A stretch of DNA of 64,000 nucleotides from an uncultured Mycoplasmatota bacterium. GTDB lineage: Bacteria > Bacillota_I > Bacilli_A > RF39 > UBA660. The stretch covers positions 8,433 through 72,432 of the forward strand of contig CAMMOI010000001.1 of NCBI GenBank assembly GCA_946498375.1, read 5' to 3'. Both the position numbers and the translations under genes were made by a program. Below the pieces are notes generated by a model. That model saw only the letters and a list, made by a program, of their open reading frames with translations. It had not been told where the DNA came from and did no database searches. Of the stretch, positions 54,167 to 63,475 are shown one piece after another (the stretch's first letter is position 1; each line of letters starts with the position of its first letter).

Positions 54167-55393
54167 ATGATATTTCGTGAATTAACAGAGCAAGAATTTA
54201 AAGATTATGCTTTAACTCACCCTCAAAGAAATTTTTTTGAATCGTTATATATGAAGCAATTACTTCAATTAGAAAAACGAGAAGTGTATTTAGTTGGGGT
54301 AGTTGAAGAAAATAAAATATTGGCTGCAACTCTTCTAGCTAGTAGTACACAATTTTTAGGACAAAAAACATATGAAGCTTTAAAAGGCTTCTTAATTGAT
54401 TATCATAATAAGCCACTTTTAAATTTTTTTGTCAGTGAAGTTAAAAAATTTGTTAAACAAAAAAATGGATTTCGTTTAATTATTGATCCTTATATTCCAT
54501 ATAAAGAGCGTGATACTGATGCTAATATTATCAAAAATGGAATTAACAATGAACAAGTAGATGGATTTTTAAAAGAATTGGGCTTTAGACCTTTGGAGCA
54601 TTCAGCTCAAGTTAAATGGACTTATGTTTTGGATATAAAGGGTAAAAGTAGTCAAGAATTATTTGCTTTAATGCGTCCAAATACAAGAAATTACATTAAT
54701 CGTACGCTAAATAAGTATAAGTTAGTAATAGAACAGTTAACTTATGATCAATTAGATATCTTTAAAAAGATTACTGCTGATACTTGTGCTCGTCGAGGAT
54801 TTCCTGATCGTAGTTTAGAATACTATCAGAATATGTATAAAATATTTAAAGATGATTTGAAAGTGTTAATTTGTAAATTAGATTGTAATTTATATTTAGA
54901 AACTCTTACAAAAGAAAAAGAAGAATTAAAAAATAAAATAGATAATTTAAGTGATTCATCTAGTAACAAAAAGAAAAAAGAAGTAATGAAAAAGGATATT
55001 GTAAATATTGATAAAAAAATAGAAGAAGTTCAACTTTTAAAAAAAGAACATGGAGATTATATTATTTTATCAGGAGCTATGTTTGTTTTATATGCTGATG
55101 AGGTAGTCTATTTATTTAGTGGTTCGTATGATGAATATATGAAATATTGTGGGCAGTATGCTTTGCAGTGGGAAATGATAAAATATGCTGCAGATCATAA
55201 ATATCGTCGCTATAATTTTTATGGAATAAAAGATGTATTTGACAAAAATGGCAAAGATTATGGTGTTTATGAGTTTAAAAAGGGATTTAATGGTTATGTT
55301 GAAGAACTTATTGGAGCCTATGAAATGAAAATAAGCTACATTTATTCATTATATAGTTTAATGAGGAAGATTAAAGATAAACTAAAAAACTAA
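54167..55393 (+). CDS. FemAB-family peptidoglycan interpeptide-bridge aminoacyltransferase
   Basis: About 410 aa with the GNAT-like duplicated fold and an internal coiled-coil insert (LETLTKEKEELKNKIDNL...), as in FemA/FemB/FemX. Motifs FFESLYMKQ, NGGNY-like GAMFVLYADEVVYLFSGS. Confidence 0.7.
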   Translation: MIFRELTEQEFKDYALTHPQRNFFESLYMKQLLQLEKREVYLVGVVEENKILAATLLASSTQFLGQKTYEALKGFLIDYHNKPLLNFFVSEVKKFVKQKNGFRLIIDPYIPYKERDTDANIIKNGINNEQVDGFLKELGFRPLEHSAQVKWTYVLDIKGKSSQELFALMRPNTRNYINRTLNKYKLVIEQLTYDQLDIFKKITADTCARRGFPDRSLEYYQNMYKIFKDDLKVLICKLDCNLYLETLTKEKEELKNKIDNLSDSSSNKKKKEVMKKDIVNIDKKIEEVQLLKKEHGDYIILSGAMFVLYADEVVYLFSGSYDEYMKYCGQYALQWEMIKYAADHKYRRYNFYGIKDVFDKNGKDYGVYEFKKGFNGYVEELIGAYEMKISYIYSLYSLMRKIKDKLKN

Positions 55394-55439
55394 AGATATT
55401 GACAAAAATTGTCAATTATAAATAATAGAAGTTTAAAAT

Positions 55440-55587
55440 CATTAAGAAATATTATATAATTATAAAAGAAAAAGCGATGACGGATCTTTGGCAAGTCTAT
55501 CAGCTATATTTATAAAAGTGATTCTTCAAAAAAGAATAAGTAGGGTGGAACCGCGTGTATTTATACGTCCCTACATATTCTTTTTTG
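55440..55587 (+). promoter_or_regulatory. T-box riboswitch leader (glycine-specific candidate) with terminator/antiterminator
   Basis: Conserved T-box sequence AAGTAGGGTGGAACCGCG (55538-55555) overlaps the terminator AGAATAAGTAGGG...CCCTACATATTCT + T6 (55533-55587). A GGC triplet lies in the upstream stem region. Precedes the LOG-glyQS operon. Confidence 0.6.
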
Positions 55588-55613
55588 TTTTTAAATTTAG
55601 AAAGAGGTAAAAT

Positions 55614-56168
55614 ATGAATGTATTTATTGCAAGTTCAGCAAGTAAAACTATTGATGAAAAATATTTAGTTATGGCACGTGAAACATCTGATTATTTAGCC
55701 AAAAAAGGTTTAAATTTAGTTTTTGGAGGAGCTAACTTTTCAATGATGGGAGAATGCTTTAAAACTTTTAGGGAGTATAATCGAAATATTGAGGCTTTTA
55801 CCGTAAAAATGTATGAAGATGATTTAGCCGAATTAGATGGGGCTAATTGTCATTTAGTTGATGATACTTTGGTAAGATTTAAAGAAATGTATGATATGTC
55901 GCAAATAATATTAATTTTACCAGGGGGAATAGGCACTCTTGCTGAACTAGCCTCAGCATTAGAAGAATTTAGAAGTAATATTGAAAAGAAATTAATCATA
56001 ATATATAACCAAGATGGATATTATTCTAAAATTTTTGAATGGATGAATCAAAATATTAATACCGGTTTTTTAAGTCAAACTTTGAATAATGATTTTAAAG
56101 TTGTTGAAAATTTAGAAAGATTACAAATGTATGTTGATGAATTCATGGAGGCTTATGATGAAGATTAA
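55614..56168 (+). CDS. LOG-family (TIGR00730) Rossmann-fold nucleotide-binding protein
   Basis: PGGxGTxxE motif [12 protein letters not shown] and upstream [13 protein letters not shown]. Stop overlaps the glyQS start region. Confidence 0.65.
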   Translation: MNVFIASSASKTIDEKYLVMARETSDYLAKKGLNLVFGGANFSMMGECFKTFREYNRNIEAFTVKMYEDDLAELDGANCHLVDDTLVRFKEMYDMSQIILILPGGIGTLAELASALEEFRSNIEKKLIIIYNQDGYYSKIFEWMNQNINTGFLSQTLNNDFKVVENLERLQMYVDEFMEAYDED

Positions 56169-57534
56169 GATGGAAGATTTAGTAAATTATACAAAGCAAT
56201 ATGGTTTTATATTTCAAGGAAGTGAGATATATGGGGGATTATCAAATTCTTGGGATTACGGACCCTTAGGAAAAGAACTAAAAGAAAATGTTAAACGAGC
56301 TTGGTGGAAAAAATTTATCCAGGAAAATCCTTATAATTATGGCCTAGATGCAGCAATTTTGATGAATCCAAATGTTTGGGTTGCATCAGGGCATGTTACT
56401 TCTTTTGCTGATCCTTTAATTGATTGTAAAACATGTAAGACTCGTCATAGAGCAGATAAATTAATTGAAGAATTTACAAATGGTGCTGAAACTGCAGATG
56501 GTTGGGATAATGAAAAATTAGAAAATTATATTAAAGATCATCATATTGTTTGTCCAAAATGTGGTCAAAGTGATTTTACGCCAATTCGAAAATTTAATTT
56601 ATTATTTGAAACTCATATGGGAGTTACAGAGGATACTAAAAGTAAAGTATATTTAAGAGGAGAGACTGCCCAGGGAATATTTACTAATTTTTTAAATGTT
56701 CAAAGAAGTATGAGGGCTAAACTGCCATTTGGAATAGGTCAAATTGGCAAAAGTTTTCGAAATGAAATAACTCCTGGAAATTTTATTTTTCGAACTCGTG
56801 AGTTTGAACAAATGGAATTAGAATTTTTTTGTAAACCTAATACAGATTTAGAATGGTTTGGGTATTGGAAAAATTATTGTTTAAATTTTTTGAAAGATTT
56901 AGGTATTAAAAAAGAAAACTTAAGATATCGAGATCATGCTAAAGAAGAACTTAGTTTTTATAGTAAAGCTACAACCGATATTGAATATTTATTCCCTATG
57001 GGATGGGGAGAATTATGGGGGATTGCTGATCGTACTGATTATGATTTATCTACTCACATGAAGCATTCAAATGCTGATTTAAGATATCTTGATCCAGAAA
57101 CAAATGAAAAATATATTCCCTATGTTATTGAACCTTCAGTGGGATTAGATAGATTTATTTTAGCTTTAATTACTGATGCTTATACTAAAGAAGAAATAAA
57201 AGATAATGAACAAAGAGAAGTACTTAAAATTCATCCATTTTTAGCGCCTAATAAAGCTACTATTTTACCCCTTATAAAAAAAGTTCATAGTTCAAAGGCT
57301 ATGGAAATATATGCTCAGTTATGTAAAGATTTTAATGTTTCTTATGATGAATCTGGATCAATTGGAAAGCGCTATCGAAGAAGCGATGCTATTGGTACAC
57401 CTTTTTGTATAACCGTTGATGATGATACTTTAGAATATAACACAGTAACTATTCGAGATCGAGATACTATGCAACAAGAGAAAATAAATATTAGAGATTT
57501 AAAGGATTACATTAATAAAAAAATAGAATTTTAA
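56155..57534 (+). CDS. glyQS: glycine--tRNA ligase (alpha2 form GlyQS)
   Basis: [35 protein letters not shown]-terminus. Class II motifs [25 protein letters not shown] and [10 protein letters not shown]. Start at ATG 56155/56158 after GGAGG. Confidence 0.9.
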   Translation: MMKIKMEDLVNYTKQYGFIFQGSEIYGGLSNSWDYGPLGKELKENVKRAWWKKFIQENPYNYGLDAAILMNPNVWVASGHVTSFADPLIDCKTCKTRHRADKLIEEFTNGAETADGWDNEKLENYIKDHHIVCPKCGQSDFTPIRKFNLLFETHMGVTEDTKSKVYLRGETAQGIFTNFLNVQRSMRAKLPFGIGQIGKSFRNEITPGNFIFRTREFEQMELEFFCKPNTDLEWFGYWKNYCLNFLKDLGIKKENLRYRDHAKEELSFYSKATTDIEYLFPMGWGELWGIADRTDYDLSTHMKHSNADLRYLDPETNEKYIPYVIEPSVGLDRFILALITDAYTKEEIKDNEQREVLKIHPFLAPNKATILPLIKKVHSSKAMEIYAQLCKDFNVSYDESGSIGKRYRRSDAIGTPFCITVDDDTLEYNTVTIRDRDTMQQEKINIRDLKDYINKKIEF

Positions 57535-57614
57535 TTTTACCGATTAACTTCAAATTTTATAATTTGAGGTTTTTATTTATGTTATGATATAATCTAAAAT
57601 TAGAGGAGGCATTT

Positions 57615-58310
57615 ATGAAATTAGTAGTAAAAAAACTAAAGAAAAGTTTTGCTACAAAAGAAGTTTTAAAGGATATAAATTTTGAATTTGAAAAGGGGAA
57701 AATATATGGTTTATTAGGCAGAAATGGAGCCGGTAAAACTACTTTTTTTAATTGTTTAAATGAAGATTTGGAAATTGATTTTGGAGAATTTTACTTAGAA
57801 AATAAAAATGTTAAAAGCTCTATTAGACCGGAAGATATTGGCTATGTGTTATCTACTCCAAATGTTCCTGAATTTTTAACAGGAAGGGAATTTTTAAAGT
57901 TTTTTATTGAAATTAATAAAGATAGAATTAAAAAAGATAAAACTATTGATGAATATTTTGATTTTATGCAAATCGAAAAAGAAGATAGAGATAAACTTAT
58001 GAAAGATTATTCTCATGGTATGAAAAATAAAATGCAAATGCTTGTAAATATTATTGCTTCGCCAAATATATTACTTTTAGATGAGCCTTTAACTTCATTT
58101 GATGTGGTAGCTCAAGAGGAAATGAAACAAATGTTTAAAGACATAAAAAAAGATCATATTATTATTTTCTCAACTCATATTATGGAATTGGCCTTAGATT
58201 TATGTGATGAAATAGTTGTTTTAAATAAAGGCGTTTTAAAACAAATAACTAAAGGTAATTTGAATTCTCAAAGCTTCAAAGATAAAATTATTGAAGCATT
58301 AAAGGAGTAA
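57615..58310 (+). CDS. ABC transporter ATP-binding protein
   Basis: Walker A GLLGRNGAGKTT, signature-like YSHGMKNKMQM, Walker B LLLDEPLTSFD. Confidence 0.8.
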   Translation: MKLVVKKLKKSFATKEVLKDINFEFEKGKIYGLLGRNGAGKTTFFNCLNEDLEIDFGEFYLENKNVKSSIRPEDIGYVLSTPNVPEFLTGREFLKFFIEINKDRIKKDKTIDEYFDFMQIEKEDRDKLMKDYSHGMKNKMQMLVNIIASPNILLLDEPLTSFDVVAQEEMKQMFKDIKKDHIIIFSTHIMELALDLCDEIVVLNKGVLKQITKGNLNSQSFKDKIIEALKE

Positions 58311-58314
58311 TAAT

Positions 58315-59892
58315 ATGTTAGATGCTTTTATTACTTCCTTTAAATTAAAAAATACATATCGAGTTAATAGTATTATCTATTCAATTAAGCAATTACCTTT
58401 AATTAAAAGAATATTACCAGAAAGTTTATATAAAAACAAAGTATTAAAAATTATTGGTAATATTATTAGTATAATTATGGAATTATGCAGTATTTTTTTA
58501 GGAAAATTTCTCTATATATTTTTTTGCATATTTGCTTTTTTTCCAGTTTATAAATTAAATACTACTTACATATTTCTTCATCTATTTTTGTTTTTAAGTA
58601 TAGTTGGTGGGATTATGAATACTTATATGTTTAATCCAACTAAAGATAAATATTATGCTATGATAATCATGAATATGGATGCTAAAAAATTTACATTATC
58701 AAATTATATATATGCTATGTTAAAAACTTTTATAGGTTTCATGCCATTTACAGTAATATTTGGGTTAATGTCTAATATTCCCCTTTGGATATGTCTTATT
58801 ATGCCTATTTTTGTTGTAATGATTAAAATGACGTTTAGTGCATATATTTTAATTGATTTTAATAAAACTAAAATAGCAAAAAATGAAAACTTATTAAATA
58901 AATTAACGTGGGTAGTTATCACAACATTATTGCTATGTGCTTATGGACTTCCTTATATTAAAATTACTATAAATCCAACTATTTTTATTATTTATTTTAT
59001 TATTAGTTTAATTACCGGGGCAATAAGTTGTCAAGTAATCAGCTCATTTGGTAAATATAAACAGATATATAAACAATTATTAACTACTGAAAATGTTTAT
59101 GCTGTAGAAAATGCTAAAAGTAATCAAAAAATAAGAGAAAATGTATCTAAACAAATAAAACTAGATAAAAACTTTACTAGTAATAAACATGGTTTTGCTT
59201 ATTTTCATGAATTGTTTGTTAAAAGACATAGTCAGATTTTAACTAAAGCGATTAAAAAACAATCTTTGGTAATTATCGCTATATTTATTGTTTTATCGAT
59301 AGTATGTTTACAAAATAATGAAGTTGCTAAAACTATCAATTCTTTATTACTAGTTTATTTGCCATATTTTGTTTTTGTTATGTATATTCTAAATCGGGGA
59401 ACAACTCTTACTCAGGCAATGTTTATGAATTGTGATCACAGTATGCTTACTTATCGTATATATAGAACGCCAAAAGTTATTTTAGGCGTATTTAAAGAAA
59501 GATTAAAAACTTTAATTTTAATTAATTTAGTTCCTGCAATTTTACTTGGAGGAGGCTTAGCATTTCTTTTATATATAAGTGGAGGAACAACTGAACAATT
59601 AAATTATTTAATCTTATTTGTATCTATTATAGCAATGAGTATATTTTTCTCAGTTCATTATTTAGTTATGTATTATTTGCTTCAGCCATATAATGTAAAT
59701 ACTGAAATTAAAAGTAGTACTTATCAAATTGTTCAAGGCTTAACATATTTTGTGTGTTATTTCTTAATCGGAAAAAAACTACCAACATTTCATTTTGGTT
59801 TGGTAATGATCATTTTCTGTGTTATATATTCTTTAATTTCTTTGATTTTAGCATACAAATATGCTCCTAAGACTTTTAAAATAAGAGTTTAG
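58315..59892 (+). CDS. polytopic membrane protein, probable ABC-2-type permease partner
   Basis: 525 aa with about 10 to 12 hydrophobic helices, directly downstream of the ABC ATPase. No sequence family recognised. Confidence 0.45.
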   Translation: MLDAFITSFKLKNTYRVNSIIYSIKQLPLIKRILPESLYKNKVLKIIGNIISIIMELCSIFLGKFLYIFFCIFAFFPVYKLNTTYIFLHLFLFLSIVGGIMNTYMFNPTKDKYYAMIIMNMDAKKFTLSNYIYAMLKTFIGFMPFTVIFGLMSNIPLWICLIMPIFVVMIKMTFSAYILIDFNKTKIAKNENLLNKLTWVVITTLLLCAYGLPYIKITINPTIFIIYFIISLITGAISCQVISSFGKYKQIYKQLLTTENVYAVENAKSNQKIRENVSKQIKLDKNFTSNKHGFAYFHELFVKRHSQILTKAIKKQSLVIIAIFIVLSIVCLQNNEVAKTINSLLLVYLPYFVFVMYILNRGTTLTQAMFMNCDHSMLTYRIYRTPKVILGVFKERLKTLILINLVPAILLGGGLAFLLYISGGTTEQLNYLILFVSIIAMSIFFSVHYLVMYYLLQPYNVNTEIKSSTYQIVQGLTYFVCYFLIGKKLPTFHFGLVMIIFCVIYSLISLILAYKYAPKTFKIRV

Positions 59893-60060
59893 ATAATAAA
59901 ACAGTTTGTTAAGCATATTGTTAATTTTAAAGACATTGGAATGTCTTTTTTTTAACTAGCTAAATAATTTTATAATAAACTAACAACAAAATAACGTATA
60001 AAAATTTATTGAAAAAAATGTATTTTCATTTATAATATATAAGCAATTGGAAGTGAAGAT

Positions 60061-61344
60061 ATGAATGTATTTGTATTAAATGATGGTTGTGTAAGAGAAG
60101 ATGCTTTAACTCAAAATTTAAAAAATAGACTAAAAGTTGAAAATCATACTATCACAACCGATTATAAAAATGCTGATATACTAGTTTATACAACTTGTGC
60201 TGGAACAGGTCGTTGTATTGAGGCATGTGTTGAAATGAGTTATTTTCTACAGTATTGTAAAAAGAAAACATCTCCATTAATCATTACAGGATGTCTTGCA
60301 GAATTAATAGGAAAATTAGATTTTGTAAAAAATAGAGATGATATCAAAATTATTGCCAAAAAAGACTTTGTAGTGCCTGTAACAAATTATATTAATGAAG
60401 AAAATAAAAAAACGACAAAAAAATTATCTCTAGAACACGCTACGAAAAGACTTTGTAGTCAAGATATTCATATTCAATTTATGCTAGAAGATGGTTGTAC
60501 AAATAAGTGTAGTTTTTGTAAAACCCATTACTATCCCAAAAAAGTAGAATCAGCAAATTATATAGATTCTTTAAATTATTTAAAAGAAAAAATAAGCAAT
60601 GGCACTAGAATTATTACATTATCAGGAGAAAACTTAACTCTTTATGGAATTGATCAATATAAAAAACCAATACTTCATAAATTTATTCATGAATTAGCTC
60701 AAGAAGAGGATTTAAATTATATTATAGTAAATGAGATAACTGCACAAAATATGTATCCGGAATTATTAGAAGAATTAGTTAGAAATAAAAAAGTAGTTCA
60801 AGTATCACTTCAACTAGAAAGTGCCAGTGATAAACTGCTAACAGCTATGAATAGAGGACACAATCTTGAAAAATATGATTATATTGTAAAAAAATTACAA
60901 GAACAAGGAAAAATAGTTGATACTATACTAATGACAGGTTTTCCAACAGAAACTGAAGAAGATTTAAATAAAACGATAAATTATATTAAAGAAAGACAAA
61001 TATATGTAGAAGGAATATCTAGTTATGAAGATTTTTATGCAATACCATCTCATACGTTAGAACAATTATCTGAAAGTGAGAAAAAAAGACACTTAATGAT
61101 AGTAGGTCAAGCGATTAAAAGTTCCAATTATGAGGTCTTAGAAAGAGCAATGAGCTATCCTTTTACAAATTTATCATATGTAATTGGGCATGATGAAAAA
61201 AGAGTATACTTAGCAAACTCGATGACCCATTATAGCATTAAAAAGAATTTATATGAACTTCCCTTAGGAGCAGTAGTAGAAGAGGCTCCAAAAAGGATAG
61301 TAAAAAGGCTGGGAAGTAAAATAAATTATCAATATAGATATTAG
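60061..61344 (+). CDS. radical SAM methylthiotransferase (MiaB/RimO family)
   Basis: N-terminal MTTase domain with three Cys (DGCVRE, TTCAGTG, ITGCLAE). Radical SAM CTNKCSFC (CxxxCxxC). TRAM-like C-terminus. Confidence 0.7.
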   Translation: MNVFVLNDGCVREDALTQNLKNRLKVENHTITTDYKNADILVYTTCAGTGRCIEACVEMSYFLQYCKKKTSPLIITGCLAELIGKLDFVKNRDDIKIIAKKDFVVPVTNYINEENKKTTKKLSLEHATKRLCSQDIHIQFMLEDGCTNKCSFCKTHYYPKKVESANYIDSLNYLKEKISNGTRIITLSGENLTLYGIDQYKKPILHKFIHELAQEEDLNYIIVNEITAQNMYPELLEELVRNKKVVQVSLQLESASDKLLTAMNRGHNLEKYDYIVKKLQEQGKIVDTILMTGFPTETEEDLNKTINYIKERQIYVEGISSYEDFYAIPSHTLEQLSESEKKRHLMIVGQAIKSSNYEVLERAMSYPFTNLSYVIGHDEKRVYLANSMTHYSIKKNLYELPLGAVVEEAPKRIVKRLGSKINYQYRY

Positions 61345-61347
61345 AAA

Positions 61348-61372
61348 ATTCCTCAACTTGAGGAATTTTTTT
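61348..61372 (+). terminator. intrinsic terminator after methylthiotransferase gene
   Basis: ATTCCTC-AACTT-GAGGAAT followed by T7. Confidence 0.6.
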
Positions 61373-61405
61373 ATTAACTATTTTTTAATAAATTTTTGTA
61401 TTTTA

Positions 61406-61431
61406 AAACTCGAATATAAAAATTCGAGTTT
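61406..61431 (-). terminator. intrinsic terminator after tRNA-Arg(TCT), same element as at 40495-40520
   Basis: Reverse complement reads AAACTCGAAT-TTTTAT-ATTCGAGTTT followed by TAAAATAC. Confidence 0.6.
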
Positions 61432-61441
61432 AATATCTATC

Positions 61442-61518
61442 TGGTGTCCCGAGGGGGATTCGAACCCTCGACCGTACGCTTAGAAGGCGTATGCTCTATC
61501 CAGCTGAGCTATCGGGAC
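61442..61518 (-). tRNA. tRNA-Arg (anticodon TCT)
   Basis: Reverse complement GTCCCGATAGCTCAGCTGGATAGAGCATACGCCTTCTAAGCGTACGGTCGAGGGTTCGAATCCCCCTCGGGACACCA. Anticodon stem TACGC/GCGTA with loop CTTCTAA. Confidence 0.85.
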
Positions 61519-61551
61519 AACTTCAAATAGATTATAAACCAAAATGATAAA

Positions 61552-62502
61552 TTATTCAACATTTTTTAAAACTAAACTATCAATTTGTTCATTATTTACA
61601 ATAAAATTAACTTCTGTGATGTCTAAATTATCTTTTAGAGATAATAAAATTGTGTATTTAACTTCTTCTAATATATTTTTTTTATCTAAATCATCAAATA
61701 AATATTCATTAAAACTTAAATTAATACTGTTTTCTATTATTTCATAGTCTTGAAGCTCAGCATTTGCTTTTAAATAACTCATAAGATTAGTTTGATAAAC
61801 AGGAGTACTTTTTAATTCATCAATAATAATTTCAACTTTATTACTTTGATTATTATCAATTTTAGTTATAGGGACATAATAGTATAAATCATTATATTTG
61901 CTTACATAATAGATTGTTGTTTGAGTAGTATTTTTAAAACTTTCTAAATCATAAGTTTTGTTTACTCCTATAGAACGATTTAAAACTTGAGGTAATGCTT
62001 TTTTAGAATTGGGTAATTCATTTAATATTTGACCATCTACAAATATCATAACATTATTAATATCTTTAATTGAAGTAAGGGAATAAACAATAGATTCTAT
62101 TAATTTTTCTTCATTTTTACGACTTATATTTAAAAATTCTTTAGAAAAATCTATTTTTAACAATCCATCTTTTAAATCTATACTATTTATTTTAGTATTT
62201 TTGGGAATTATTGCTTTAAATCCATTTGGTATATATTGACTTTTATTATTATCAATGGTTAATGTTTGGATTAATTCTTGAGCAAGTTTTAAACTATCAG
62301 TATTAGTAGTAGGAACATTAGTCATGGCAACATAATTATTTTCATCTAATAAAAATATATTACTAATGTTTGCATTAGCATTATAATTTTTAGTTATTTC
62401 ATAAGATGAACTATCTTTTGTAGGAAATAAATATAAGATTCCTATAATTAGTAGAGCACAAGTAGCTATAGTTATTCTTCTAAATGAAGCTTTTTTTAGC
62501 AT
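61552..62502 (-). CDS. gerM: GerM-like spore germination lipoprotein (tandem GerMN domains)
   Basis: Lipobox-like IATCALLIIG. Two repeated modules with L.I..NN...Y..NGF..I and DG.L..DFS/V..D...L patterns typical of GerMN. Start at ATG 62502 after AGGTGA. Confidence 0.5.
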   Translation of the reverse strand: MLKKASFRRITIATCALLIIGILYLFPTKDSSSYEITKNYNANANISNIFLLDENNYVAMTNVPTTNTDSLKLAQELIQTLTIDNNKSQYIPNGFKAIIPKNTKINSIDLKDGLLKIDFSKEFLNISRKNEEKLIESIVYSLTSIKDINNVMIFVDGQILNELPNSKKALPQVLNRSIGVNKTYDLESFKNTTQTTIYYVSKYNDLYYYVPITKIDNNQSNKVEIIIDELKSTPVYQTNLMSYLKANAELQDYEIIENSINLSFNEYLFDDLDKKNILEEVKYTILLSLKDNLDITEVNFIVNNEQIDSLVLKNVE

Positions 62503-62575
62503 AAGAATCACCTAATTAATTTTATTCTATTAAATAAAAATAATTCAAAAAAAGCCATAATTTGGCTTTTGAATT

Positions 62576-62782
62576 TTATATTGTAATTTCACCTAATTTT
62601 AAAAGTTCTACTACTGCATGAGCGCGTCCTTTTACACCGAGTTTTTGCATAGCATTAGAAATATGATTACGCACAGTTTTTTCGCTTATACCTAAGAAAT
62701 TTGCAATCTCTTGTGTAGATTTATTAAGAACTAAAAGATCAAATACTTCTTTTTCTCTAGTGGTAAGAATGCTTTTTTTCAT
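62576..62782 (-). CDS. gerE: LuxR-family spore-coat regulator GerE
   Basis: 68 aa LTTREKEVFDLLVLNKSTQEIANFLGISEKTVRNHISNAMQKLGVKGRAHAVVELLKLGEI is nearly identical in pattern to B. subtilis GerE. Confidence 0.85.
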   Translation of the reverse strand: MKKSILTTREKEVFDLLVLNKSTQEIANFLGISEKTVRNHISNAMQKLGVKGRAHAVVELLKLGEITI

Positions 62783-62819
62783 GATTAGACCTCACTTCCT
62801 TCATATTCTACATCCATTT

Positions 62820-62828
62820 TATTGTATG
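62820..62828 (-). promoter_or_regulatory. candidate sigma-K-type -10 element (CATACAATA) upstream of gerE
   Basis: Minus-strand CATACAATA fits sigma-K -10 consensus CATA-N3-TA about 40 nt upstream of the gerE ATG. No clear -35 assessed. Confidence 0.25.
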
Positions 62829-62873
62829 ATATTCTATTTTAGAAAGTGAAAGCTAAAGCCTAGAGATGATTAA

Positions 62874-63380
62874 CTAGCTTTGAAATTTAACAGTAATAAA
62901 CATACGGGTGTCAAAATTATTTTGAACAGTTCTAATAATTTTATTGGCAAGTTGTTCATCATGTTCTTTGTTAGAAATAACTACTTGAACTTGATCTTCT
63001 TTTATTTTAACAAAACTTTTTAATTTATGCTCATCTAAAATTGCTTGTTCAACAGTCTCTTCTTTGCCTTTATTTTGATTTAATTCTTTTAAAGCTTCGT
63101 AAGCATCATTTTTTTCCTCAACACTTGCTTCTTCATTTAAAAGAATTTCTTGATAAGTGGCCATTTCTTGAGTAGTTTGTTCATCCGCATCTACTCTTAA
63201 AGCAGTTAATACATCACTTTGTTCAACTTCAATTGTTTGGGTATCATTACTCTTAGAAGTATTAATTGTCTGTAGTGCTTCCTCTGGCATGGTTAAATAA
63301 TAAATACTTAAAACTAAAATTAAACTAAAAAGAGTTAAAAACCATAAATTTTGCTTATTAATCAATGCTAACACCTCCAT
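62874..63380 (-). CDS. spoIIIAH: stage III sporulation protein AH (SpoIIIAH)
   Basis: N-terminal TM NLWFLTLFSLILVLSIYYLTMPEE and C-terminal ...KEHDEQLANKIIRTVQNNFDTRMFITVKFQS parallel B. subtilis SpoIIIAH (VWLLTMLSLVVVLSVYYIMSPE ... VAVTFEP). The rest of spoIIIA is expected beyond the window edge. Confidence 0.6.
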   Translation of the reverse strand: MEVLALINKQNLWFLTLFSLILVLSIYYLTMPEEALQTINTSKSNDTQTIEVEQSDVLTALRVDADEQTTQEMATYQEILLNEEASVEEKNDAYEALKELNQNKGKEETVEQAILDEHKLKSFVKIKEDQVQVVISNKEHDEQLANKIIRTVQNNFDTRMFITVKFQS

Positions 63381-63475
63381 GTGTTTCTAATAAATGGTAT
63401 GTCAAAATAAAAAAAATATTCAATAAAAAAGGAAATAAAAAATAAATTGTTAAGATATAAAAGTGAAGGGAGAAA

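Noticed and set aside
58704-58922. 72 aa antisense ORF in membrane protein gene
   Set aside because: Antisense. Hydrophobic low-complexity.
61544-61747. 67 aa + strand ORF overlapping gerM
   Set aside because: Antisense to the GerM-like gene. Ser/Leu/Phe-rich.
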